A stretch of DNA of 63,841 nt, filler included, from Rozella allomycis CSF55 (lineage: Eukaryota): the NCBI GenBank assembly GCA_000442015.1. It is 13 parts of 13 records of this genome, joined end to end, with 100 filler letters (N's around TTAATTAATTAA, not from the genome) between each part and the next. Parts side by side here need not be neighbours in the genome. Positions count along the whole stretch, not along the records: positions 1 to 25,060 come from KE560431.1; 12 more parts are not named here. One strand, 5' to 3'. The translations under genes and the position numbers were made by a program. The notes beneath the pieces were generated by a model. That model was given only the letters and a program-made list of their open reading frames with translations. It made no database searches and was not told the origin of the DNA. Positions 1 through 11,313 of the stretch are shown piece after piece (position 1 is the stretch's first letter; every line of letters begins with the position of its first letter).

Positions 1-67
1 ATCAAAGTGTTCTAAAAATAGAAGTACCCTTACATTTGGCAACCCTTGTTGCAAGGGCTTAGACATT

Positions 68-981
68 ATGAAAACATTTTTCTTGTTCTTGGCGCTACTT
101 CAGGTATTATTTTCCGTTCCCTTGACTGCTTTGAAATCTTCAGGCCGTGAAGCTTTAAAAAAAGTGATTTATCGACGATTGTCCACCAGATACATGACGA
201 GGATCACAGAAATGCAATCATTTCTGAACTCAAGGCACTCACTACCAAAGGACGAGAGGTTTCAAATCCTTTGACGCCAGGTTCTTTTACAAACTCTGCA
301 ACGTATTTCTTTTCGACTCGCCTATTCGACTATGTTCTCGAATATTTGCCACGCACAAAGTATTACCTGTCCCACAACGACAATCAAGTAATCGGCATCA
401 GAGAAAAAGCTAAAAATTCAAACTGCGTGAAGTGAAAATGGGAAAGGCGCTCAGTCTTTCTGCTTTCAGGTAACATCGACAATGAATTTGACGACGAAAT
501 CCTGTACACGCATTCTGTTTATGAGTGCGTAGCCTTGAGTATTCGAAGAAAGAAGAGACCGTCCCATTGCTTTTGGCTCATATCAATCGAGAAGAACTGA
601 AAACGGTATCACTACTGATATCGTTGACAGGATCATTCAAAGGTATAAGTCATTTGATGGCAAAGATATTGTGGTAAATGAAAGTCTGCTTATATCTCTG
701 ATCATTTGGAGAGAATCTTGGAAAAATTGTATACGGCAGGAATGAAGAATATCAATTTGAAAATTGAAAACGAGGTTATCTTTATGGACCATGCAGAAGT
801 GGTTAGAGTCGTGAAAAATAATGAAAAAATATTCATGGGCCCCTTCAATCCTCAGTTGCTCTCTGCGTATGTCAAGCCTGCGAATCTTGCACTGTCAAAA
901 TTGACTGGCCAAGAAATCGATCTTTTCCCAGAAGAAAGCGATCCATTCTTGAAGAATATTAAAATTGCGGCAATTAAATAA
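68..981 (+). pseudogene. Degraded gene for a lineage-specific, probably secreted protein
   Basis: The ORF 68-274 begins with a signal-peptide-like stretch (MKTFFLFLALLQVLFS). Coding-like sequence continues across stops and frame changes to the ORF ending at 981, followed by AATAAA. No homology recognised. Confidence 0.35.
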
Positions 982-1050
982 TAAACTGGCATTCAATAAC
1001 AATTACAAATGCATATTTTTTGCCACATAGATGTATTTTATTTGATGAAA

Positions 1051-1332
1051 TTATTCGTCTTCTCCGGATGAAAGAAATCGGCTAATTTCTGGATCATAAT
1101 CTTTGCACCAACATCCTTGTTGATCAAAATCTCGGTTACAAAAGATGTAAGGATTGCAGTTGAATCGTCCGAATCTGTCCAAGTCGTCTCTGTCGCAAAC
1201 ATCTCTGCAAAATCTACGGCAGCGTCTTTCATAACGGTCACAGAAATCCATTCTTCTTCGTCTTTCCTCTTGAGCTGAAGCGATGATTGCTAGAAGGGCA
1301 ATGATTGCAAAAAAGACAATGTTGAATTGCAT
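1051..1332 (-). CDS. Small secreted cysteine-rich peptide
   Basis: MQFNIVFFAIIALLAIIASA signal peptide, then an RRRR polybasic site and a mature region with 8 Cys. Intronless. Confidence 0.7.
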   Translation of the reverse strand: MQFNIVFFAIIALLAIIASAQEERRRRMDFCDRYERRCRRFCRDVCDRDDLDRFGRFNCNPYIFCNRDFDQQGCWCKDYDPEISRFLSSGEDE

Positions 1333-1493
1333 AATGATGGGGAAGTGGATCATCGGTATATTTCAATTAAATTGAAAGCATTTCTTCTAGCTTTGTCTCA
1401 ATTAAAGAAACGATGAATTATTGGTAGCATTGACGTTTCTTCAAACTGGCTTCGCTTCAGCCANAATGGCTTGCCCAGCCACGCTTCTAAACG

Positions 1494-2824
1494 ATGGACT
1501 TTCTACATCTGTCTTACAATGATGACAATTTTGCCACCAAAACAAGTGACACACAGGTAAAAATTACTATTTCTTGAAAAAATGGATCCAAGTAGAGTCG
1601 TCATGCATAGAGCGATTCCAAGAAAATAATTCTTTCACACTTAAGAGGCAAGATCACATCGATTTCATTCTTGAAAACTTTGTTAATCTAGAGTCATATA
1701 TGATCAGTCTTGATTCGAGTCAAACTTGGCTGTGTTATTGGATGTGTCATTCTCTTGCACTTTTAGATGCGCCAATACCTCACCAGGAAAAGTATTTGTT
1801 GATTATTTGTTTTAAAAGATTGATAAACACGATTAGATTGTTGCAAAGTGAACAAGGTGGATTCGCTGGAGCGCCTGGAATGATCCCACATCTTGCATCG
1901 TCTTATGCCGCTATTTTGGCTATAGCAACAATTGGGACACCTGAAGCGTACTCCATTGTTAACACAAAGAAACTATATGAATTTTTGGCAAGTGTGAAAC
2001 ATAAAGATGGCTTCTTTTACATGCAGCAAGGAGGTGAAGTCGATGTAAGGGGATGTTACTGCGCTATTGTTTGTGCATATTTAACAGGCATAATGGACGA
2101 TAAACTGACTGAAAATGTAGCGGAATATATTCTAAAGTAGTTTATCATATTTTGAAATAAAAGATGCCAGACATATGAAGGTGGGTTCGGAGGTATTCCC
2201 GATGCTGAAGCGCATGGCGGATACACGTTTTGTGCAGTTGCTGCGCTCAAGATTTTGGGAAGAGTTAAAGATTGCAATATGGACGCTCTTATTGTAAGAA
2301 ATAATGAAATTCTTGACGTAGCGATTTGTTTCATCGAAACAAATGAAATTGGAAGGAGGATTTCAGGGAAGATGCAATAAATTAGTCGATGGGTGTTATT
2401 CATTTTGGCAAGCAGCGATTTTCCCGATAATTGAGAGTGAATTACCGATTCCAGAGTTTCACGCATACAATCAAGGTAGAATATAGTTTTGCAATTTATA
2501 GAAATGCTTCAAAGGTATTTGCTTTGTTGTTGCCAACTTGATCTTGAGGATCACGGGGGAATGTTAGATAAGCCTGAAAAGTAATAGATTTTTTATCAAC
2601 TTAAATGGTATCCAGATTTGTATCATACATGCTATTGTCTCTCTGGTCTTTCTTTATCTCAAAGAATAATTCGTCTGTCGAAAGAAAATCCATTCACTCT
2701 TAGGTGCATGGAAATGTCAGTTATTCTTGGAGACGAATCAAACGAATTAAAAACTACTCATCCCGTATTTAACATTGTATCAACCAAGGTTGATTCCATT
2801 TTGGATTATTTTAAAGTCAAATAA
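1494..2824 (+). CDS. RAM1: Protein farnesyltransferase beta subunit (6 micro-introns, two with non-AG acceptors)
   Basis: Motifs LDSSQTWLCYW, HLASSYAA, GEVDVRGCY, EAHGGYTFC, KLVDGCYSFW and DKPEKYPDLYHTCYCLSGLS. Introns are 26-29 nt. Confidence 0.95.
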
Positions 2825-2872
2825 ATTTAGCATTAATCATCTAGTTTACTTTTCAGTATTTCTAAATTTCAA

Positions 2873-3622
2873 ATGCAATTTTTGAGTAAGCGTTTATTCC
2901 ACTTGTGATCTTAGAATCAGTTATAGATAAAAATTTTGATACAGAATATATAGCCGAACTAACTGGCGAAATAAAGAATCAAATAAAATCGACCATCAGC
3001 AATTTAACCGAAGAATTTCAAAAAGAAAAGAATGAATTCATGGCAAAAAAGGCAGAAATAGACCAGAATGAAACTGAAGAATTTTGGGACAAGTATACAG
3101 AAGATGTGAAGAAGAGAATACTGGAACTTTCAAACGATTCAAGAAATTTTCTTGTCAATCCGCCAGTTGATACAGAATATCAAAGTGATTATGCAACAGA
3201 TTTGCAAAAAGGCATAGTAATGATTAAATAGAGGGTGTAAAGGCTATAATGAAAGTTGATGAAAAACTGCAATCAATGAGATACCAGCTAGTACCAACAA
3301 AGTAAATCGTGAATGTAAATATAATAGAATTGATGATAAAAGTTTTTGGAGAAATTATTTTTACAGAGTTCATATGATTGTAATGGAATCTGAAGACAAT
3401 GTACTGTTTGACAATTCGTCACCAAAAAAGGAAGAACCAATTGTGGTTATGAAGAGTGAAGATAATAATAAAATAGAAAGTTCTGACTGGGATAAAAATT
3501 TGGATAATGAATTGGAAAAATTGGGGCTGAATTTGGATGACGTGGAAATTGAAGGATCGGAAGACGTTGAATTGAATTTGGACGATATTGATAATGAATT
3601 GAACAAATTAACAAATAAATAA
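2873..3622 (+). CDS. BSD-domain protein (3 micro-introns)
   Basis: The spliced product reads DEKLQSMRYQLVPTKIDDKSFWRNYFYRV, the BSD signature, followed by an acidic tail. Confidence 0.8.
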
Positions 3623-3667
3623 AGAAATAATTTTGTCATAATTTTGTAATGTGATAAATTTGATTGT

Positions 3668-4872
3668 TTATTCTGTAACTTTTTCTGAATCATCCAAATT
3701 TTCAATTTCGGATTTTCCAGAATCTGAAGATTTTGCATTTTCATCAATTTGTTTAAGTTCTTCTTTTGCCTTTTTTCTTTCTTGCTGGAGAGCTCGACAC
3801 AATTTTTCTAATTTTTGATTTTGGGTTTTCAAATTATCAATTGACGATTGCATTTTCGTTCTCTTTGATTATTAAAGAGAGAATAAAATACCTCGTCAAT
3901 CATTTCTAGAATATTTTTATTAAAAGTTTCAATCTTTCTGGACTGGTTCTGTTTTTCAATTTCCAGGGATCTATTCTTTTTATTCATCTGTAATTAAAAA
4001 TAAAATTTATTTTACATTATCGATTTCTTTCTTTAAAGTATCAAACATTACGTTGCTTTTATCCAACATTACTTCAACGCTCTTAAACTTTTCTGCATAC
4101 GTGCAAATTTGAGCTTTCATTTCTTTTTCTATAAATGAATATTCAGTGACTTGTCTCGTTAAAGTTTCTACTTGAGAATTCATTTCTGAATTATTCTGAA
4201 TTTGTTGCTGCAATTTAGCTTCAGCTAATTTCAATTCCAAATCTTTCTTTTTCATCAAAGTATTAAAATGTTTCTCACGAAGATCATATTGCTCAACATA
4301 ATTATTATATTGTTCTTTCATCTTCTCATACATCCCCTGTCTCTTTTTTTGCTCCTCTGAATCCTTTTCAATCTTTTCTTTAATATCAGAAATAGCACTT
4401 TCAAATTTTGATGACAATTCATCTCTCTTCTTTTCAGCCTCTTTTGATGCCTTCAATGCTTCTTCTCTCACACTCTTATTGTCCTTTTGTAGTTCTCTAC
4501 ACAAATTCTCTAGTTTTTTAGATTTCGCACTATCTTGAATCACTTTAAATAAATAACTATAAAAGTTATTACATTGTTCGCGTTCCTTTATCAATAAATC
4601 ACATTTATTCTTTAAAGTGATGTAACTACTCTCAAGATGCTTCAAATCTTTAATCAGAAATTAAATATAAATTATTTAATTACCAAATAATGATCTTGCA
4701 TAGAGTTGGAAGCGGTTAAAATAGCCTTTCCAATTATTTCACCTAAAATGTACATAAAGAGTCTTTTATTACGAACTGGGATATCTTCAACAGAATATGA
4801 CATTTCTAACTGCTCGAGTCTCGATTTTAATAACTCTATAGAGTCAGGTGATAATTTGCTATTTTGGAGCAT
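3668..4872 (-). CDS. Taxilin-family coiled-coil protein (5 micro-introns)
   Basis: Motifs KLENLCRELQKDNK, QYDLREKHF and KLEKLCRALQQER. Confidence 0.9.
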
Positions 4873-5012
4873 TTGAATTTTGGACCAGGGTCATTCTTAA
4901 TGCATTAATTATTCATTGGAATAGTGGAAAATAGCAAATCACCTCAACATTATTTATTAGTAAATATAAAAAGCAAAAAAGTTCATTGTATGTTGCTTTA
5001 TTTTCGGTAACC

Positions 5013-6394
5013 TTAGAGGGTTAATTCCACATAAAATTCCTCGCCCTTTCCTTTACCTGGCTCTTTATAAATGATGCCGTTATCATGAACCTCAAAATTC
5101 ATGTCTTTCTTTTCCCCACCTATAACCTTTTGCTCAAATATATGGACAGGAATTCTCAACTTGTTCTCAACTAGCACTGCGTCCCCATTTCTCTCAAAAT
5201 ACGCATAATATGGAATATCATAGTCAACGGCCATCCAATCCGAAGCCCCACTAGTGTCTCTAGAGGCACAATTTGCTGATCCCTTCTCACACAACTTGAA
5301 ACTATCATCATTTTTACCCTTTGTTATGAATAAAGGTTTGTCTCCGCGTCCGTATTTAGACTTATTATCTACATACATAAACGCATCTTTCCCTACCCAA
5401 GCACCAGCAAAATCCTTTCCTCTCATCACACCAAGAACAGCTTCTTTTCCGTTCACCAACACGTTATCTACTCTACTGCAAACGTCTCTGAACAGGAAAT
5501 AGTCTCCTTTGCATTCATCTTTGGAATAACAAGGTCGTTCACGGTCTTCAGGGACAAGATAATATCCATTTTCACACTTTTGACAGGCCAATTCGGCGTT
5601 TCTCGTCACGCACCCTTTCGGTAAGCAAACCATTTTTCCATTTAATTCATCTTTGTTCTTGCAATCTTGGTTCAAAGTTTTGTCAACATCCAAACATTTG
5701 TCACCGTCCCTATTTGGCATCTTTTCGCCTTTGCAAGAGTCACATTTTTTCCCATCAGGGCTGTACTTTTCANAGGGGTGTACTTGTCACATTCCGGAAT
5801 AGGAGTTGCGCATATTTTCTTGTTGTTGTCAGTCGTTTGAAATGGGCCATTGTCCTTTAACTCACACTCTTTGCATGTGAGACCTCCAGTAAGATCGTAA
5901 ACTTTGCATCCATTGATGGGCATACCGCAAGCATGGTAATCGTTTTCAGCGTCGACTAGAAGAACTTTGTGGTTGCTATCTTTGCATTCCACACATTGAC
6001 CTCCGCTAACACTTTTACATCCGGGAACTTGAACCTTGGCTTGCGAATTGTTTGTCGTTGATGATGAAGATGAAGACGTAGAAGAAGCCGTCGAGGACGA
6101 CGTCGATGAAGGTGTTTGCGTAGTGGTGGGTCCTGATGCGATAGGCGCCCCTGTACTCGTTGAAGAAGCACCTGAGTTTGCTAAAGGAGGTACCGCTATT
6201 CCTGAATTCGGCGGCCAATAGTTTGAAGCCAAAGGACCAGAATACATCGAGGGAAACACTGGACGACCGTATTGGTCATATCCAATTGGCATCTGATAAC
6301 CGTAGTACCCTCCTTGAATATTTTGTGGACGCACACCTGTTGGCGCGCTTATTGATATTCCTAGTAATGCTGGAAGAACAAGAAACTTGTGCAT
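5013..6394 (-). CDS. Secreted CXXC-rich protein, paralogue 1 (frame broken at an assembly N, 5773)
   Basis: Signal peptide, Pro/Gly/Ser/Thr linker, CxxC furin/VSP-like repeats and a beta-rich C-terminal domain. The two ORFs meet at the single N with overlapping DKYTP/EKYSP sequence. Confidence 0.75.
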
Positions 6395-6779
6395 TCGTTT
6401 TGTTACATATTTCTCCTGTTAGCAAAGAATTTATACATCTAATATTAGAAGTTTTAATCTTATTTCAGATAGTATTTCCAGGTAGTAGTACTAAATTTAG
6501 ATCTCAATAATGTTGATGAATTCTAATGCGCTACTCTGTCAGTTGCTACTTCGGCGTTTCCCGCACCATCTTAATAAAATTGGAGATAAATGACGTTTTA
6601 ACTCATTGCCCCTGAAAAGTCAGGCAAGGGTGAATCTGGCGCTACATTGATTGATGAATTAATTAGCATCATCAACTAGATCGATTGCTGGTCACGCTTA
6701 AACGTAAACTATCTTAAAAGCTTCATGAATGTGGTACACTAGTAAATAATTAGATTTATAGCTTTATTATATGTGCTAA

Positions 6780-8252
6780 CTATTGAAGTTCCATCAGGAT
6801 TTCGTAGCATTCCCCTATGTCACTTAACCAAACTCCATCATGTCTAACTACATAGCACAAATCATTAACTTTGCCATCCGAATGCTTTTCCACAAAGGTA
6901 ACGGATACCCTCCACTTATTGTCTTTAAATGATGCATTTCCAATTTTATCCATGGAAATATAATTCCATTTTTCTTTAATATACGAAAGTGACATCCATT
7001 GTTTAGTTTCTGTTCTGAAACCCACGTAATTACTATCACCTTTACCATCAACTTTGCATAGAGCCTTTAAGCCACCCGTGTCTTTTATGTCTTTTATCGT
7101 GTATTCAGGATTATTTCCATTACATTGGTTACCGTATCCTGTCGCAAATTTTGAATATAAATATGTATCATCCCCTTCACAAAGTGCGAATTCATTTCCA
7201 CCATTTTTCAAGATGAGTTTAACTTTTTGGTCATTTTTTATTGCATCCTCCACTTTCATACAACGATTATTCACAAACATGTATTTTCCATTGCATTTAT
7301 CTTTTCCCACACAAGTTTTGTCAAGTAAAAAGTACCCTTAGCCTTCATCGCATTTTGTTGCCTTCCATCCTGTGGCCCCATCTTTTTCACGATCCAACCA
7401 TCCTGTGGGAAGACATTCAATCGCATTATCCTTCTCTTTTCTGTATTTACATTCTGGATCTGATTGGTCGTCCTTTTCAAGGGTTAAACATTTTTTCCCA
7501 TCTGAACTTGGAAGTCTTTTACTACCATTCTCCTTGCAAACATCACAAGTGTTTCCATCAGGCTTGTATTTCTCACAATCAGCAATTGGTGCTACACAAA
7601 TTTTCTTATTCTCAGTGGTAAGAAATGGTCCATTATTCTTATCCGTGCACTCTTTACACGAGAGTTTGTCGCCAGCATCATAGACTTTGCATCCATTCAC
7701 TTCAACACCACATGCGTATACCTTCTTATCAACATCCACCAACAGAGCCTTTTCATTGCCATTGCTACACTTGATACACTTTCCATTAGCGTCACGATTG
7801 CAGCCTGAATCCTCGGCTCTGGCTTGTGAACTACCACTGTTTGTCGTCGAGCTTCCGGTGTTAGATATCGGTGGCACTATGGATCCAAAATTATTAGACT
7901 GGGGAGTTACAATACCCGCTGGACTACCATTGCCGCTTGTCATCGAGTTTCCATTGTTATACGCTGATGGCACTGGTGTCCCAAAATTATTATATTGGGG
8001 ACTTACAATACCCACTGGGCCACCATTTCCCATGGAGCTTGCAAAGTTAGACACTGGTGGGACTGGGCCCCCAAAATATCCCGACTGAGGAGTTACAAAA
8101 CCTGCTTGACCTCCATTTCCATAACCACTACCAGTATTCTGGTATGACGGATTCGGGATTTGATTCTGTTGTGCATAGTTCGGAGGAGGGTAAGGTATTG
8201 GAGCGCTTTTCGCTATTCCTATTAGTACTGCAAGAGCTAAAACGTGTACCAT
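6780..8252 (-). pseudogene. Secreted CXXC-rich protein, paralogue 2, with one in-frame TAA
   Basis: Clear paralogue of 5013-6394 (ACGxxxNGCKVYD, CKECxxKxNGPFxTT). ORFs 7338-8252 and 6780-7310 are in the same frame, separated only by TAA at 7338-7340. Confidence 0.7.
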
Positions 8253-8378
8253 TTAAAACAAGTAGCCCCTTTCTCCTGTTATTTATAGGTCTAATTTAAG
8301 AAACTACATCCTAATAATAGTCTCATGTTGCTTTGAAATCTACATGCCTAAAGTTTGGCAGTGGCATAGTTTCGACGT

Positions 8379-9879
8379 ATGAATGAACAAGAGCTTTTAG
8401 CTGATTTAGACGACCTAGATGATATTTCCGAAAATGAACTAGAAGATAATGCTATCTCTGTAGACGAAAACGAAGTAATACCCGAAAACCAACAATTAGC
8501 AGACTTCAAACTCATACATTCTTATCATCTTAGGCAACTTTTAGATGTAAATTATAAAACAAAGTAACAAAGGCAATTGAAAATGGTATTGAGATAGATG
8601 TTGGCTTTGGCCAAGAAGATCCTCAGTACAAACTCTTATTGCAAGCAAACAAAACAGCCGTTGATATTGATAATGAAATATATCTTATACATAAATTCAT
8701 AAGAGATATTTACTCTCAAAAGTTCCCTGAATTAGAAGGCTCTGTGCTCAATATGGTGGATTATATTAAAGCAGTACAGCTTATCAAAAATGAAACAGTA
8801 AAAAAAGAATATTAATCTTAAAAGGACGTATCCAAAGTTAATCTTCAGCAAGCATTGCCTGCTTCCACCGTGATGACTATATCTGTGGCTGCCTCTACCA
8901 CGACTGGGAAGCCATTAAATCAACATGATTTGGATAGTGTATTGAAGGCTTGTGATATGGCTTTAGAGTTGGAGAATATCAGATGGAAAATATTGGCGTT
9001 TGTTGAAAGCAAAATGACATTTCTGGCGCCAAATCTCTCAGCCTTATTGGGAACCTCAACGGCTGCTAAATTAATGGGAGTTGCTGGAGGATTACTGCCA
9101 CTCTCCAGGCTACCTGGAAATACAATTCAAGTATTAATCAATGCAAATATTAACTAGATTTTGGGTTCACAAAAGAAGCATTTGGCTGGATTTTCATCTG
9201 CTAGTGTCAAGCAACATGTGGGATTTATTTACGAAATGGAATTCATTAAACGCTTGCCCAAAGAATTAAAAATGAAGGCACAAAGAGTCATCGCTTACAA
9301 AGCTGCATTGGCCGCAAGAGTGGATGCCTGCAAGGAAGCACCTGATGGATCCGTTGGAAGAAATTTGAAGCAAGAAATTGATTCCAAGTTTGAGAAATTT
9401 CAAGAACCTCCGCCTTTAAAGAAAATCAAAGCTCTTCCAACGCCTACTGAAGGCCGCAAAAGTAAAAGAGGAGGAAAAAGAGTTCGCCGACAAAAGGAAA
9501 CATTTGCAGTGACTGAATTAAGAAAACTTCAAAACAGAGTTCAATTTGGAGTCCAAGAAGAAGAAATTATCGTAGGGGACACTGTTAAGGGATTAGGTCT
9601 CATTAAAGGAGCATCTGGTCGAGTTAGAACAGCAGCTACTAATGACAAACTTAGAGGTAAACGACTAATATCGATTAGATAGAAAAAATAAAAAAGACTC
9701 GTCAATTAAAACCATTGGCTGCTAATGAATCAGGCTTGGCGACGTCAATCGCCTTTACTCCTGTCCAGGGATTCGAATTGTACAACCCAGAAATTGCAAA
9801 GGCAGAAAAAGAGCAACAAAATTCTTCCAAATACTTTGGCAACATAACTTTTAAAAAGCCAACTTTTGTGCCGAAATAA
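8379..9879 (+). CDS. PRP31: U4/U6.U5 tri-snRNP protein Prp31 (4 micro-introns)
   Basis: NOSIC/Nop motifs IHKFIRDIYSQKFPELE, LAPNLSALLG and LAARVD, then KRGGKRVRRQKE, TELRKLQNRVQFG and SIAFTPVQGFEL. Confidence 0.95.
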
Positions 9880-9913
9880 ATTCCATATTTACAAAGATTT
9901 CATTGAAATGTCT

Positions 9914-11221
9914 TTATTGAAAAAATGCAGAGTACCACGACGCTTTTCCTTTTTGTGCGATTCCTATAACTATCGGAGTACCTAAATACGGTGATTGCCA
10001 TCCATCAACATGAGCAAAATACAAATTCCATGCCATTTTGGACATTAAGGGTACTATCGATTGGCTCCAAGCACATTCTTTTGATGTAGAAACATAGCAC
10101 AGTGGACTAATCACGTATTCCTGGTAAGTGCGAAGTAGCGAGTCTTTTGCAATGGTTGGTTGAACGAATATTAATCTACCTCCAGCTCTTAACGATGAGT
10201 GAATATTATTTAGAATATTCATAATGGTCGAGTTTTTCTCACCATTTAGTGGAAAGCTCCAATCCATGAATATAAAGTCAAACTTGTTGTGCGGCAAAGT
10301 AAAATTGTGCAATGATAGCATGTGTGCATTTTCAGAAAGATGAGAAATACGAAGGTTTGGGGCTTTTGAAATATCAACAAGTGCAGAAAGTTTCACTTTT
10401 GGCTTATTTAAGGTTGTGTATGCAATTCCTGGCAACGGTATAGCAGTGTGAAGCATTTTCGTTACATATTCAACACCTTCATGATATTTAGTTGATAGCA
10501 TATGCAATGGATCGGTTTCATACTTTATCTTTTCCTTTTTGTCTTTGCTATGGGAAGAATTTGGTTTAGACAATGGAGTTACTGTTTCAACTGAATTGCT
10601 CTTCTTTTCTTTTCCTTTTACCGAACTGCTCTTGTTAAAATTTTCAATTATTAATCTTAATCTGTTCGCATAAGCATAGGAATCATCATCGCCGAGGTGC
10701 CCAAGATCTAAGATTTCACCTACCAGGAAAAAGTCAAATATTTGTTTGGGATTCACATTGCTTCCAGTGCCATTTTTCCAGACAATATTTTCAAATGGGT
10801 TCAAGTTCGTTATGTGGTAGAGATACTTATGAACAGGTTGAAGTTTGTGGTAAAATTGAACCGAATGAAGAGCTAAAGAACCACCAGCATAATAAATTGC
10901 CGGCAAAGCATATCCTATGAGTGATGATCCAAACAATATGGCCATGAGAAAACTTGTGAGGAAAGCAATAAAATATGCGTTTTTGTTTGGTCCAATCTTT
11001 CCCGCTTCTTTTTCCTTGACGTTTTTCAAAGTTTTTTCAGGTATAGTATTCAGCGGCTTCTTTTCTGAAATTGGTTTCAATACTTCGTCCTCTCTTTTTA
11101 TTTCAAGGTGCTCTTCTTCTTCAGCTCTTGAACCTGTGCTCTCTCTGGAAATGCTACGACGGCGAGGAGAACGAGAATTGGACTTTTTATTCCGCGTTGA
11201 TGAGCGAACAACTTTTGTCAT
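9914..11221 (-). CDS. Membrane-anchored class I SAM methyltransferase-like protein
   Basis: Basic N-terminus, a TM segment, GEILDLG, and FDFIF...LNNIHSSLRAGGRLIF. Intronless. The SAM-binding motif looks degenerate. Confidence 0.55.
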   Translation of the reverse strand: MTKVVRSSTRNKKSNSRSPRRRSISRESTGSRAEEEEHLEIKREDEVLKPISEKKPLNTIPEKTLKNVKEKEAGKIGPNKNAYFIAFLTSFLMAILFGSSLIGYALPAIYYAGGSLALHSVQFYHKLQPVHKYLYHITNLNPFENIVWKNGTGSNVNPKQIFDFFLVGEILDLGHLGDDDSYAYANRLRLIIENFNKSSSVKGKEKKSNSVETVTPLSKPNSSHSKDKKEKIKYETDPLHMLSTKYHEGVEYVTKMLHTAIPLPGIAYTTLNKPKVKLSALVDISKAPNLRISHLSENAHMLSLHNFTLPHNKFDFIFMDWSFPLNGEKNSTIMNILNNIHSSLRAGGRLIFVQPTIAKDSLLRTYQEYVISPLCYVSTSKECAWSQSIVPLMSKMAWNLYFAHVDGWQSPYLGTPIVIGIAQKGKASWYSAFFQ

Positions 11222-11313
11222 AGAATTCGGTTGCTAGGAACTCTTGTAAACACTTAATTAGGTTAAGGCAGGGTGAAATTGTAACCAAATAGATAATTGA
11301 AACAAACTTTATT

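Noticed and set aside
5761-5790. Apparent frameshift in CXXC paralogue 1 (similar breaks at 45282, 52850, 55470, 61677)
   Set aside because: Each break coincides with a single N and duplicated flanks, so these are scaffolding artefacts rather than programmed frameshifts.
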